Shown here: piece after piece, positions 13,319 through 26,400 of the stretch | Layout of the letters: every line of letters begins with the position of its first letter | Position numbering within the stretch: the stretch's first letter is position 1 | Origin: Haliotis rufescens | Taxonomy: Eukaryota | Assembly: GCF_023055435.1 (NCBI RefSeq) | Contig: NW_025964001.1 | Location: 33,666,001-33,730,000 of the forward strand | Reading direction: 5' to 3' | DNA length: 64,000 nucleotides | The notes under the pieces: generated by a model | What the model saw: the letters and a program-made list of their open reading frames with translations, nothing else | Databases searched by the model: none | Told to the model about the DNA's origin: nothing | Position numbers and translations under genes: made by a program

Positions 13319-14640
13319 TATTTTATTTAATCAGTAATTTCGACGAACATGGACTTAGTTACATCTGGTGATCACAAAAATTCAATAATTTTACTTATCA
13401 AAAACATTTAGCCCATGAGAAATCAAATGACATTAACCTACAGTACTGCAATACTCTTGAACGCGACGTCAAACCCCCATTTCACCTCACCTCACATTAT
13501 GTGTACATGTATATGTTGCGAAATATATGTTTGTACCTCCATGCTGACGGCAGTATTGTATTGTTGAAGTATACATACGGCATATGATAGGAAGTTGAAA
13601 TAATTGTGGCCACATGGAAAGCTTTTAAATATTGGTTTGAAACTATCAGACACATTCCAATGGGTGACAACTTTTCGCGCTCTTACACTCGCATGTCTTG
13701 CACTTCCGACTTGGTTGATGCATGTCATCGTATCCCAATTGCGTGGATCTATGGTAATGATGTCAATCACTGGATTGGCTGGTCCATACTCGATTATTTA
13801 CAGATCACCGTCATGTAGCTAGAATATTGCTGAGTGCGGCGTAAAGCAACAAACAAACAAACAAACAAACCTGATAAACTGTATAAGAAAATCTGACAAA
13901 ATGGCTTCTTTTTGTTTTTTTCAAAAAACTAGAAGGTCTGCGACCCAAATTGATTGAAAGTGTGGAAATGAACAAAATCTAATTTTCTTTTTTCTAATGT
14001 ACATATTTTCCATAAAGATTTCTCCGTTCGTTATAACAAACACATATATACATTAACATGAATAAGCTGTTGTACTACATTTATATGAATGGATTTCAAT
14101 TTCAAATAATTTGGTATTGATACGATATTCCGTTGCTAAATCAGTCGACATTTGCATACAATCCAAATACATGACTGTTTGAACGTATAACAAGCGGCAC
14201 TCATATATATTTATCACATATAACTCCCTTTTCCCAATGAAATATTGGTACAATAATAAAAGCAAAGCCACAGAGCCTGACCCAATAGAGACGAATATCG
14301 TATTCAGACTCACGCCCAGCGGACACAAACAGGACACGCCCCTTACACAATCACCCTGCGACAACAGCACGCTCTCGCTCACGTCATAGAAACGACGAGA
14401 TCACGTTCGTCTATGACGTCATCCCATTCTCTGTGTTTAGCGACAAGGCATCATGTTGAACAGCTTAGCCTGTGGTCAGTAAGTACGACATGCACACAAA
14501 CACTCATTGATGCTCCTTATGGCAACATATCCGTGTGCTTATTTACGCACTGATTTAACTTAAGACGTTTAGTAACTGACAACAGTTCATATATACTCTG
14601 TTTATTTTTAGTTAACGGGTGAAACCAACAATTCTACGAG

Positions 14641-16984
14641 ATGGTTGAGTTCTGGATTGCGTCTTCGTCACTCCTCGCTGGAGCGTACGTTGCTTGGAAA
14701 GGTAAGAAGATAGAAATATTTCCAGCTTCATATTTAGAAACATTATCATAGATGCAGCATATTGTTTTGAGCAGTCATTTGTTTGCCAAAATTCGCCTCG
14801 AACATATCCGATAATGCTTGTTCGTGGTTTTAGCTATTGGAACATGTCATATTGTTCATACCAATATTTCAAAGTTTAAGGCAACTTTAAATTTAACATT
14901 TCCAGTGGGCCAAATAGCGCCCTAATCCAACTTGGTCCTTTCTAATTGACAAGATTCCAAATACCTCATAACTCATCATAACTACATAAATCCCAACTGA
15001 TACTTTTATAAAGTCTCACAGGTTCATCGGTCTGTAATTCGTAGCTTCACAGCAGGACTAGAAGAATTTCTTGAATGTAACTTATTCAACTATTGATTTG
15101 AAAAATGGTTTCGATATCAAACGATCTGTACTGAACGTTAAATCATTCAAATTCAATAATTCCAGGTTACAGTTGGTTTCGACGCAAACCAAAGCAAGTT
15201 GTGCGATGGGAGGTTATCCCTCCTGTCACCACACAAGGCTCTATCAGACGGACAAGTGACAGCAGCAGTAGGTCCTCCACTACCGGCTTGAAGTCATCCT
15301 GTCACAGAGCTGGATTCTCGGATCCTTTCTTAGAGGTCAGCTCCAGGGTTCCAACAGCCAGTTCGACACGGGGCATTGATTCTAATAGATTTCGTTCAAT
15401 TAAACACCAAACCAACAGATCAGCTTTGAATAAGGACTCTCTAGGAAGGATCTGGCCCCATGTGCCATCCAGAGTTCAGTCAGATCCAACTCTGGCGTCG
15501 GGAGAACCAGCCAAAGAGACGAAACAGGGATTGTTGATGGAGGAAGACTTCACGGACATGTACGAGATCCTGTCTCGAGTTGGGAGGGGGACCTTCGGCT
15601 CGGTGTACAAAGCGATGAAGCTGGACTCACTAGACATCGTGGCGGTTAAAAGGGTGCGGCATGAAGGTGATGTGGACAATGCTTTGACAGAAGTGGATAT
15701 ACTCAAGTCACTTCAAGACTGCCCTAACATTGTCCGTCTGTTGGACTGCTTCCAGCTCGAGTCCGAGATAATCATCATCATGAACCTGGCCTCCGGCAGT
15801 CTCAAAGATGTAGCTATTGGGTGAGTGTATTAGTTGGCTGTTTCAGTTCATTTTATTAATATATAAAATTATATAGTCTTTGTCTCATTTAACAAAGTGC
15901 ACTATCCATACGATATAAAAGTTTTAAAAAAATGACAGTCATATAACAGATATTTTTAAACGTTCCTTGATATGGTATATCAGCATCATACCATGCTTGT
16001 GGGTTTCACCAGTGTGGTAAACGACCAAGTCCTGCATCACTTCGGACTGTCCTACCACATCTATCAACTCAAATTATAGTGAGTGAGTGAATGAGTGAGT
16101 GAGTTGGGTTTAACGCTCAATGTGGGAGGAAAGCCCGAAGAGATGCAGGTCTCAGACGTTTACCACTTCGGTGAAACCCATGAGCACGGGTATGGTGCTG
16201 ACTTACCTAGAAACCTAATCGGGGCGAACCCGGACTCGAATCCACAATCATAGGTTTCTGGCGCGCCCAAGGGACGCAACTCTGCACAGCGAATCGCGGC
16301 GCCTTAGACGACTGTGCCACCCGTGCACCCCTCAAATTATAACAACAACAATAATAATAATACTCTTTATATCGCGCCGTACCTCCACAGCACGAAGGGG
16401 CGTACTCAATTCGCATCCCTGTTCAAAGCTGCGTAAAACCCAACTCACTCACTCACACCACCATATTGATTTATATTGTTCCGCTTCATTTCAGACACAG
16501 AGATTCTGAGTACATCATGAGCCTATTTCTAGACATCCAGTCGGCAGTTGGCTTCCTCCACGACAAGCTGATCGCCCACAGAGACTTGAAACCTGCCAAC
16601 GTACTTCTAGAAGGAAACAAGGCGATTCTCGCGGATTTTGGCTGCGCCAAGAACGTCCAGGGATTCTACGGAAAGGAGGTGTATATTACGAGCACTGCAG
16701 GAACCTATGCCTACATGGCACCCGAGGTTCTCAGCAATGTCCGCCTGTATTCTGCCATCAAGGCTGACGTGTGGTCTCTCGGATGTATAATCTACTATCT
16801 GCTGACAGGGGAAGACCTCTTTATCGGCGAGTGTGTTGAACTTACCGTCGTGGAGCATGCTGAAACCGTGGTGGAGTTGCCGGAGTTTGTAGACGTCAGT
16901 GCCATCACTTCTAGTCTGGGTGACAGTATGAAGGCAGCCCTCCAATTCGACCCCGCAAACCGACCTCCTGCATTTATGCTGTGA
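14641..16984 (+). CDS. Ser/Thr protein kinase with N-terminal hydrophobic signal-anchor (401 aa); subfamily not assignable by eye
   Basis: Coding exons 14641-14701, 15166-15820, 16495-16984 (1206 nt). N-terminus MVEFWIASSSLLAGAYVAWKGYSWFRRKPK, then a Ser/Arg-rich linker, then a complete catalytic domain: GRGTFGSV, VAVK, alphaC Glu (TEV), HRDLKPAN, DFG, GTYAYMAPE, DVWSLG, NRP. A probable 5' UTR exon ends near 14478 (CA|GTAAGT). Confidence 0.9.
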
Positions 16985-17150
16985 GTGACTGAGTGAGTAT
17001 GGTTTTACGCCGCTTTTAGCAATATTCCTGCAATATCACGGCGGGGGACACCAGAAATGGGCTTCACACATTGTACCCATGTCGGGAATCGAACCCGGGT
17101 CTTCGGCGTGACGAGCGAACGCTTTAACCATTAGGCTACCCGACCGCCCC
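16985..17150 (-). mobile_element. SINE family A copy inserted at the kinase stop codon
   Basis: Nearly identical to the 5676 copy. 13-bp TSD ATTTATGCTGTGA at 16972-16984 and 17152-17164. Confidence 0.9.
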
Positions 17151-18221
17151 TATTTATGCTGTGAAGTTTGGACACTGGAACAGAGAACAGTCTCTGCTGG
17201 AACATTTGCCATCGATCTGTACTACTCATAGATAGCTGATGCTGTAACGAAATAAGTTATTCTGTTTTCCGTCTTCTTAATACACTGCATATATATTTTC
17301 ATAAAATTTCTTTTGTATTTAGAAACTATATTTAAATTTAATCAATCTTTAAATATTCAATAACATTTAATTTATTTTTTTAAATTCAAAAATTTTAATA
17401 TATGGCTTATTCTTTAAACGTATGATTTGGCCTAATTTGTTTAAAAACTTAACGAAATTGTCAAACATATATACGACTTTTCCGAAATGGTAGATTAATC
17501 GATTTCAACATGTATATAATTGTGGTGTATGTATTGTTTGAAACTTTATTAATTTAATTTTGAGATATATATTAATTTATTATTGCACATAATAATGTAA
17601 CGATGTCATATTTTTTACAAGAAATGTCACATTTGATAATTTACACAAGTGTGGTCTGTTTATTAAGCTCATATCCACAAACGTGTATGTTTATATATTT
17701 TCATATACATGTGATTTCGAAATGAATTAGATGTCAAAAACAAAGCTCGTTGTGTGTTGTCTTAGACATCGGCATCACTACTATAGAGAGTGTGAGCAGG
17801 TGACTGAATGTTAGAAAACGTTTATATCAGATAGGTCTACCGTTATTTACGCCCACAACAAGGTGTACAGAGGAAATGTGAGCGCGATGAAAAAATATGA
17901 ATAACCCGAGCCAGGCGTTGGAATCTAGAAGATTTTCACTTGAAAGTTCTACTTTTCTATATGCAAAATAGATGAGCACAATAGAAATATACGCGATTTC
18001 AAGCCGTGACACGTGAGCGGTGTGTGGGTCGAACCTGGACTCGTATTGGGTCAAGTATGGCAACACGGTTTTCGCTCACGGACGTCTACGTCCGCTTTGG
18101 GTTACCTCCCTTTATACTGGCGAGTCGAGTGTTGTCACGGATGAGTCATCTCAGCTTTATTGATCGCTACCGTGCACGGCGAAGTCATAGATACAGTATT
18201 ATGCACAACCTTCTTCAGCGA

Positions 18222-18293
18222 TCCATTGTGGTCTAGTGGTTAGGATTCCTGGCTTTCACCCAGGCGGCCCGGGTTCGATTCCCGGCAATGGAA
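18222..18293 (+). tRNA. tRNA-Glu(TTC)
   Basis: 72 nt with a perfect acceptor stem TCCATTG/CAATGGA, D arm TGGTCTAGTGGTTAGGA, anticodon arm CCTGG-CTTTCAC-CCAGG and T arm CCGGG-TTCGATT-CCCGG. A Pol III T-run follows at 18301. Confidence 0.95.
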
Positions 18294-18994
18294 CGTAATA
18301 TTTTTACTTTAATATTTTTTTAAGGTAAATCCAACAGGAAAAACATGAATATTGATAACGACATCACACAGATCCGCGAACAATAAAGACGATAATATGT
18401 TTTAATTTTGGATAACGGAAAAATTGTATATTATGATAATGTCTTTTCTATTAATTTGCGGTTTTAGATACACGAAACATAATATGTATATGAACAGCAA
18501 TTACCTCACTCACTGTATTTATACCGTTTTAATCATTGTCTCCATGACACAGAGTAGATATGCTTTAGGGCGACAAAGTAACTTTTCATATATAAATATG
18601 AATTTTGTCTCTCTGTTTCCTTCTCTTAGTAAGGTAGTAAACCAGAAAATGTATTTGAAATGTTTAAAAACTGTAAATAACAGACAACAGAAAACAAACG
18701 TAAATAATATTTATATGACAACGAATTAAAACAGATCGAAACATTTGTCATATCTACATCTGGGCATCAATATGCTGATATTATTCATATTCTAAATTAT
18801 GTAATTGTAAATGTTGAGTTTTTAATTTAAAGGCAAAATTTCAACTTAATTTTATCTCTTTATGTGTGCTTTATTTAGATGACTGGTAGATTATTCAGCT
18901 TTATTATACGTTATGATGATGATTAATATTCTGCAGAAAGGTGAAAAAAAACTCCCTCCTTCTTGATCCGCGTATTGCTATACCATGGTATGTG

Positions 18995-19034
<40 letters not shown>

Positions 19035-19036
19035 TG
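18995..19036. repeat. (GCGT)n microsatellite
   Basis: About 10 units, seen directly. Confidence 0.95.
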
Positions 19037-20488
19037 TGTGAGTTCATGTCATGAACAATATCACTTATGCAACTATAAACATCTAGATGGAAGTTCACAG
19101 AGCAGCAGAAATTATTTATATACACAGCTACGCTTATTTGTAATTTTTAATCCCAGATTAACACGAATATGAGCACATACATGACAAATACCTTGATGTG
19201 ATTGATTACATCTAAACATACATATTAGTAGGTCGTGTACACTTATTGTTTTGGAACTAACTGCCTGTTAGTATGATACCCACATATCAATGGGATTGAC
19301 TTGGCTCTGTTGAACAGTGACCACTGCAATAACAAATCGGAAAAGAAGGGAATAGTAAGTGTTGCACTTGCAGCGGAAGAATCCATTTTCACCGAGGTGA
19401 GGTGAAATGGGGTTTGACGTCGAGTTCAAGATTATTGCACTATATAGCGACGTGCATAGGTGGATCCAGATGGGGTCCAGGGGGGCCGGATTATACATGT
19501 AGAATGCAGACACCGGTACATACATTAGTAAAATTCCCCCACCCCTGTGCCAGATTCAAGACATACTCTATGATGTTCAAACAAGGCCCTAGTTTCTCCT
19601 GTCACGGGGCGCGCTCCCCGCTGTGCTGACACATTGTCTTGTGAGAAGATAACCGCACTAAGGAGGCAAATGTAACCTTGAACAGGTTCGAACCATGACC
19701 CGTATTTAGTGTCAGGTGTTACTTATCACTACATACTATCCGTTTTCCAGATATGTGTCAGCATGAGGCATATTTACTATGACACACTTTGATAACGGTT
19801 TTATGTCTATGTAGATGTCAACGAGTTAATGTTTTATCCAGGGCGCGGTTATAATGAAAAGAGTTTTAGAATAATACTAATTTGAGTAAGGGTAAGATGA
19901 ACAACTTCTTTATTTTAATTAGGAGCGACGTTTCGGTGTAGGTTCTCAAGCAGGAATCTACCGAAACGTTGCTCCTAATTGCAATAAAGAACGTGTTCAT
20001 CCATATATCTTATCCTTAGTACTCCAACTTCTAAATGCCTCTCAAAGAAGTAAAAAAATACTAATTCTGGTATTAACGCCATAATTTGGAGACACTTTCT
20101 TATTGTTTGTGCATGGCGAGTGACACCAGACCAATACAACCATATTCGCCGGTACATTTGTCTGAAATCAGTAAAACAAATTTAAAATTGCCACAGAAAA
20201 TCAAAGAAAGACATTATGATTTGTCTCCTATTGGCAGGGGGTGTTTCATATCAGAAAAGTAGAAGCAGGTACAGCAGTCAAGACATATTGGGTGTACCTG
20301 AGGTGATGTAGTGTGTGTTCATAACTGAACAGGAACAGAAACAACTGTCACCTTGTCATCCTTTACCTTCAAAAGAACTACGAGTCTTAAGATGTGACAA
20401 GATAATACTTTGTTAGCCGATTTGAACACATTTAAGGAAAAGTCATAGAAACATGCCACATACATACAGACACAAATACAGGTTAACA

Positions 20489-20765
20489 TGAGTGAGTGAG
20501 TTGGGTTTAACTCCGCTTTTAACAGTATTCCAGTTATATCGCGGCGTGTCAGCTTAATGTGGGAGGAAAGCCCGAAGTGATGCAGGTCTCAGACGTTTAC
20601 CACTTCGGTGAAACCAACGAGCACGGGTATAGTGCTTGTAAACCTAGAAACATGGGATTCGAACAGGGATTCGAACCCACAATCATAGGTTTCTGGCGTG
20701 CCCAAGGGACGCAACTCTGCACAGCGAATCGCGGCGCCTTAGACGACTGGGCCACCCGTGCCACC
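20489..20765 (-). mobile_element. SINE family C copy
   Basis: Near-identical to the 33748 copy, with TSD GTTAACATGA on both sides. Confidence 0.85.
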
Positions 20766-23334
20766 CAAGTTAACATGAAATGCAACAAGATATGAATGAA
20801 CATACGACAACGATATCACTGTGCATTAAGGCATATGAGCAATAAAAGATGAAAAGCTACCAATGAATAAAAGCGTATGGCTTCTTTAAAAAATTGGTGG
20901 TCTTATTTACAAGAAATAAGATTAACAGGTTAATACTTAAGTTAACAATAAACAATAACCCAATAGAACATTGAAAGACAGCTTAGGGATAAAAGTATAT
21001 GGCTTGTATATGGCTTGTAGTAAGAGGCGACTTTAAAGGGTGATCGGACGGTCAGGCTCTGTGATTGGCTGGATGTTTCTTAGTGGTCAGATGGCGTTGG
21101 TCTTAGCTCATTTTACTTGTTTGGTTTAACAGACTGCTTTGATAAAGTTATGTAGCCACTGATTCATAGGATTAACACTATCTGTAGCAGAATAAAAACG
21201 TTATTCACCAAAGCTGGAGTCACTCCAGCGTAAGGTACACCACTCAAGCGAAAAGAGTGCAAGTTATACATTGTACTTTCTAACAGAAACTGCTTGAGCT
21301 TTACAGTGAGTGAGTGAGTTGGGTTTAACGCCGCTTTTAACATTAGTCCAGTTATATCACGGCGTGTCAGCTGTGGGAGGAAAGCCTGAAGTGATGCAGG
21401 TCTCAGACGTTTACTACTTCGGTGAAACCCACGAGCACGGGTATGGTGCTGACAAACCTAGAAACATAATTGAGGTGAACCCCGAGCTTGACAGAGCTTT
21501 ACAGAATTTTGAATATATTGGCTGGTGCTTTTGACATCGCTTTGATAAATGCAAAAACCGTCGTTTTTATCTACAGTCACAGGTACCGTATATAACCCGG
21601 TTTGATTTGTTTAGGTGTAGTATGTTACAATCCACAGAATGACTCATGTTTAGAAAAAAGAGAACCACTCAATGTTGAAAGAATACGCGAGACTGTCAAG
21701 ACACGCTTGTCCTGTGCATTATTGCGAACATGATTGAGTTACATCCTGGCGCGTTGTTACTGATAGGTTGTTGCAATGATAGTTTCATTCCGTTCTTATA
21801 GGCGGTAAATACTCAAACATCAGCTTTATACCCTAAACTATCATTTGTAAATGGACATGCCGTTAACCATGAAGTGGACTAATGCTGGTTGGTCATTAAC
21901 AGTGTTGGTGAGTGTATATACATGTTAGGTTTGTGGCGAAAGATAAAGGAGATTATCTTTTAAGGGCACATGAACTTTGAGTACACTGAGAAATGGAGAT
22001 GGTATGGAGACGCATATGTGACAAATCACAATACGGATTATCTGGAAATTATTGTCATGAGCTAATCCCATTAATGCAAACGTGAGTTCTAAATGATTTT
22101 AATTATCCTAAATAGAAACGATTCAGCAAGATTCACTATACGGTATACCGTCCTGAATTAGATTGGATTTCATTATGAATCCGCCGACTTAAATTTTCAC
22201 AAATGTGGAATAAAATATTCAGAACAGTATATTTTGTAATCTCCCCTTTCAGTTTTTAACCAGGTTTCAGCATAGTAATAAAACAGAGACGATCCATATA
22301 TCAGAAGGAAAATACATCTTTGACATTCTGCTTGATAGTTTAGATTTCAATGCATGAAATAAAACGTAATAAACTTAGCCCCTAGGGCGCAGCAATTCAC
22401 CCAGCACAAGTACAGCAATAGTTTAGGCCTTCAAATGGGCATTGTAATACCCTGGTATGGGATCCCCACATACACGGCGGAACTAGTATGTCCACATCGT
22501 CTTCAATAGTGTTGTTATACACCGGCCTGCAGATAGTCGAGTCTGAATCAGACAAACCCGTGGTGCGTATTAAGAGCATCGTCCCACGCCGCCGGGATAA
22601 CGATGTCAAGCAATCAGCCAAGTAACCGAGCCAAGCCATCATGTCCATTTATTCGCAGTCAGCTTCCTAGAGCTTCTGCAAAGGTCTCCGGGGTTTGATC
22701 TCGTGAGAAGATCTTTCATAATTTTATTTTACTTCAAGTTAAAGAAAGAAAACCCATATATTTTGACGCCTTGAAAAAATGTGATCCCCTTTATGATAAG
22801 AAACAGTAAGAACAAGTTTCAGCGCAAACAATCCATCGAGCGGTTATGGAGATCATATTGCCTTTAGAACATCATCTTCAGCGGTGAAAGAGTCGTGCTG
22901 ATAATGATGCATGCACTGAAAACAATTGAACCATCTTATGATCATTATTATTTGCGCATTATGTTAGGGTGGTTATGAAAGAAGCTTATTAAGGGCTTCT
23001 GACATGAACCTTCTTGTCGGCCGTTTTTAAGAATATAGCAAAACTTGACTCTGACGACTTTGAAGAAAGGTGAGACCCTGTTTGTCAGGAACTCTCATAA
23101 AAAATACCAAGGCGAAAATGTGAATGTTCCGCAAGGTGAAAAACAACGAGAGTTGACAAACATGTACGTGTTAAAAGACCGGAATTGACACATGACAAAA
23201 CGATAGAAGGATAAAACACCAAGGCAGGGGAGATGCAGTCTGTGTATACATATATCAGTTTGGTTGGATTTTCAGATGGGGAAATCATTGTAAATTTCCA
23301 TTCATTAGATCGGGATAGTTATGTCCCAACAAGA

Positions 23335-23416
23335 CTTCCATACATCAGGCTTTATAAAGGAATAACTCTGCAAAGCGTCTCTTCCTTGCTGTGGATCTGG
23401 CGGGGATATACGTACA
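23335..23416 (+). promoter_or_regulatory. TATA-containing core promoter/5' UTR of countin-like copy 2
   Basis: CTTCCATACATCAGGCTTTATAAAGGAA with TATAAA at 23353-23358, conserved at the same position upstream of copies 3 and 4. Confidence 0.75.
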
Positions 23417-26400
23417 ATGAATATCAAGGTAATTCACACTAACGATTTCTATGTTTCTTTAATAGTACAATATGCACTTGTAGAAAGTGATAATGTTTAT
23501 TTGTACTTTGAAAAGACAATGCCTTTTACAAAAAAAAAGTCAAATTTATCATATGTCAATTTGTAATAGTTATTTATGCGTTTATGTTTTACAATACATT
23601 TGTTAGTTTGATATTATCAATTTTCCTAAAGAAATCCACATACTGCTTTGACTTAACATACTTCTCTTTTCAAAAGTACAAAGGTATATGTACATGAAGT
23701 GGCGAAATGTACAGGGCATTGTCTGTTTAATCTAAGGTGAAGAACAGACAGGTGTCAGTATTTTTCTAAAAATAATATATGTTAATTGGACATAGGTAAG
23801 GATTGTTCTCAAGATAATGGTATATTTCGTTGGTGTAGCCTAATTGGCCAAAGCGTTTGCTCATTCCGAGTTCGATTCCCGTGTTTGGTGCAATATGTGA
23901 TCACATATTCTTTGTGCCATTATATGGCTTGACTAAAGGTAAAATTTGTTTAAAGCCCAATTCAGTCACTAAATCCAAACCGATGAACTTGATTCAGAAC
24001 ATGCAAGAATTATATTGATTGTTACATAGGTACAAAGGTAATATGTCACACGACAACCAATCAGCTGTGGTTACTGTGGTTATAAGTACCTTTCCCCAAT
24101 AACCTTACGTGTTATTTGTCATCGGGTATGTGTTGATACTATCAACCACACATGTTTAGAAATATTCCAGTAGCTCAAGACTTTGGTTTCTATAATTCAC
24201 TTTTGAGGTTCAATCGAGCATGCTCTTTCTACTAAGATTTTAAAGGGGACAATACGACTCTTGCTCATAAGTTATTTTGATGAGGGCTACAGCGTTCAGG
24301 CCTTGGTAAAGCTTTTTTTTAAATAATGGTAGACATGTGACGTATCAGTGATAGCAATTATGTCTGGTGCAATTTCCTATAAATGTGCCATTGCATGACA
24401 ACCGTCTTCGTTATGCCTGATTGACCTATCACGGAACTGATAACTAAGTCAGGAGTTGGACACGAAATGTCAAGAGTGGTCACGAATGATATATGTACTA
24501 GCGACAGGAGATCACTTTGACGAACCAGATGGGGTGAATGCTGGACACACGCGGGTCTGATGGTTCTCAGAAACCATTTATCGAGAGCTGTGAACATTGC
24601 AAGATGAAAGGGAAAATCTCTCATTGTCCCTTTACGCATGACCACTGCGATGGGGACATAATTGCCATTTAAATACTTAAACTACAGTGGATGCAATGCA
24701 GCTCCGGACAATCAAGCAAAAAACCAGACCTGTCAAATTTGATTGATAATGATATTTCTTCAATCTCATTAAAATCAGATTTTAGTTCTCGCTATCACTA
24801 AACAAAGATCTTTGTTTCGCGGCAGCGAGAACTTAGGTCTGATTTGAATAAGATTGATATTTCTTGAAATTTATGCCTCCACAGGTTAACTATGATAATC
24901 TCAAAGACAAGGGAATACCTTGCTTCATAAAACACTAATACAGCATTGTGAGTTAATTATGACAAACAAAGCAAATATTATCACGAATAGCACAATAGAT
25001 AGATGCACGGCGTTCTAAACGTATTCCCTGTGAAGGTCAAAGGATTCTTTGGTTTTAGACAGTTTCTGATGAGAATATTTTCCTCGCCCTGTGATCTGCC
25101 AGGTGTCTGAAATAGGTCGTGTCCTAGAATAACTTCATAAACAATTTCGTGACTAAGATATAACCCACGCATGAAACATTACACTTTTTTTTCTGTGGAG
25201 CCACATACTTACTACAGAGTGATTTTTTGGTAAATCAAGTGCATTAACAAACACAATGGTGAAGACGAAATATGAAGTGTCACTAGCAAAGTGCGATATC
25301 CAGTGAAGACAGAACTAAGGCTCAGTAGCTCATCTGGGTTAATTACGATTAAATCAACGAGTAAACTTGTAATTGCTCAAACAGATTGACAAATGTTCCT
25401 GACCAAAATTNNNNNNNNNNNNNNNNNNNNNNNNNNNNNNNNNNNNNNNNNNNNNNNNNNNNNNNNNNNNNNNNNNNNNNNNNNNNNNNNNNNNNNNNNN
25501 NNNNNNNNNNNNNNNNNNNNNNNNNNNNNNNNNNNNNNNNNNNNNNNNNNNNNNNNNNNNNNCAACAGGTCCCCAGTACCCAATGCATGTCTCCCTGTGG
25601 GGATTCCGGGTCACAACAGGTCCCCAGTACCCCATGCATGTCTCCCTGTGGGGATCCCGGGCCTCAACAGGTCCCCAAAACCTCATGCATGTCTCCCTGT
25701 GGGGATTCCGGGTCACAACAGGTCCCCAGTACCCCATGCATGTCTCCCTGTGGGGATCCCGGTCCTCAACAGGTCCCCAGTACCCCATGCATGTCTCCCT
25801 GTGGGGATCCCGGGCCTCAACAGGTCCCCAAAACCTCATGCATGTCTCCCTGTGGGGATCCCGGGTCTCAACAGGTCCGCAGTACCTCATGCATGTCTCC
25901 CTGTGGGGATTCCGGGTCACAACAGGTCCCCAGTACCTCATGCATGTCTCCCTGTGGGGATTCCGGGTCACAACAGGTCCCCAGTACCCCATGCATGTCT
26001 TCCTGTGGGGATCCCTGTCCTCAACAGGTCCCCAGTACCCCATGCATGTCTCCCTGTGGGGATCCCGGGCCTCAACAGGTCCCCAAAACCTCATGCATGT
26101 CTCCCTGTGGGGATCCCGGGTCTCAACAGGTCCGCAGTACCTCATGCATGTCTCCCTGTGGGGATTCCGGGCCTCAACAGGTCCCCAGTACCCCATGCAT
26201 GTCTCCCTGTGGGGATCCCGGGCCTCAACAGGTCCCCAGTACCCCATGCATGTCTCCCTGTGGGGATCCCGGGCCTCAACAGGTCCCCAGTACCCCATGC
26301 ATGTCTCCCTGTGGGGATCACGGGACTCAACAGGTCCCCAGTTCCTCATGCATGTCTCCCTGTGGGGATCCCGGGTCACAACAGGTCCCCAGTACCTTAT

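Noticed and set aside
25563-26400. CRISPR-like appearance of the repeat array
   Set aside because: The units are contiguous with no unique spacers, the context is eukaryotic, and there are no cas genes.
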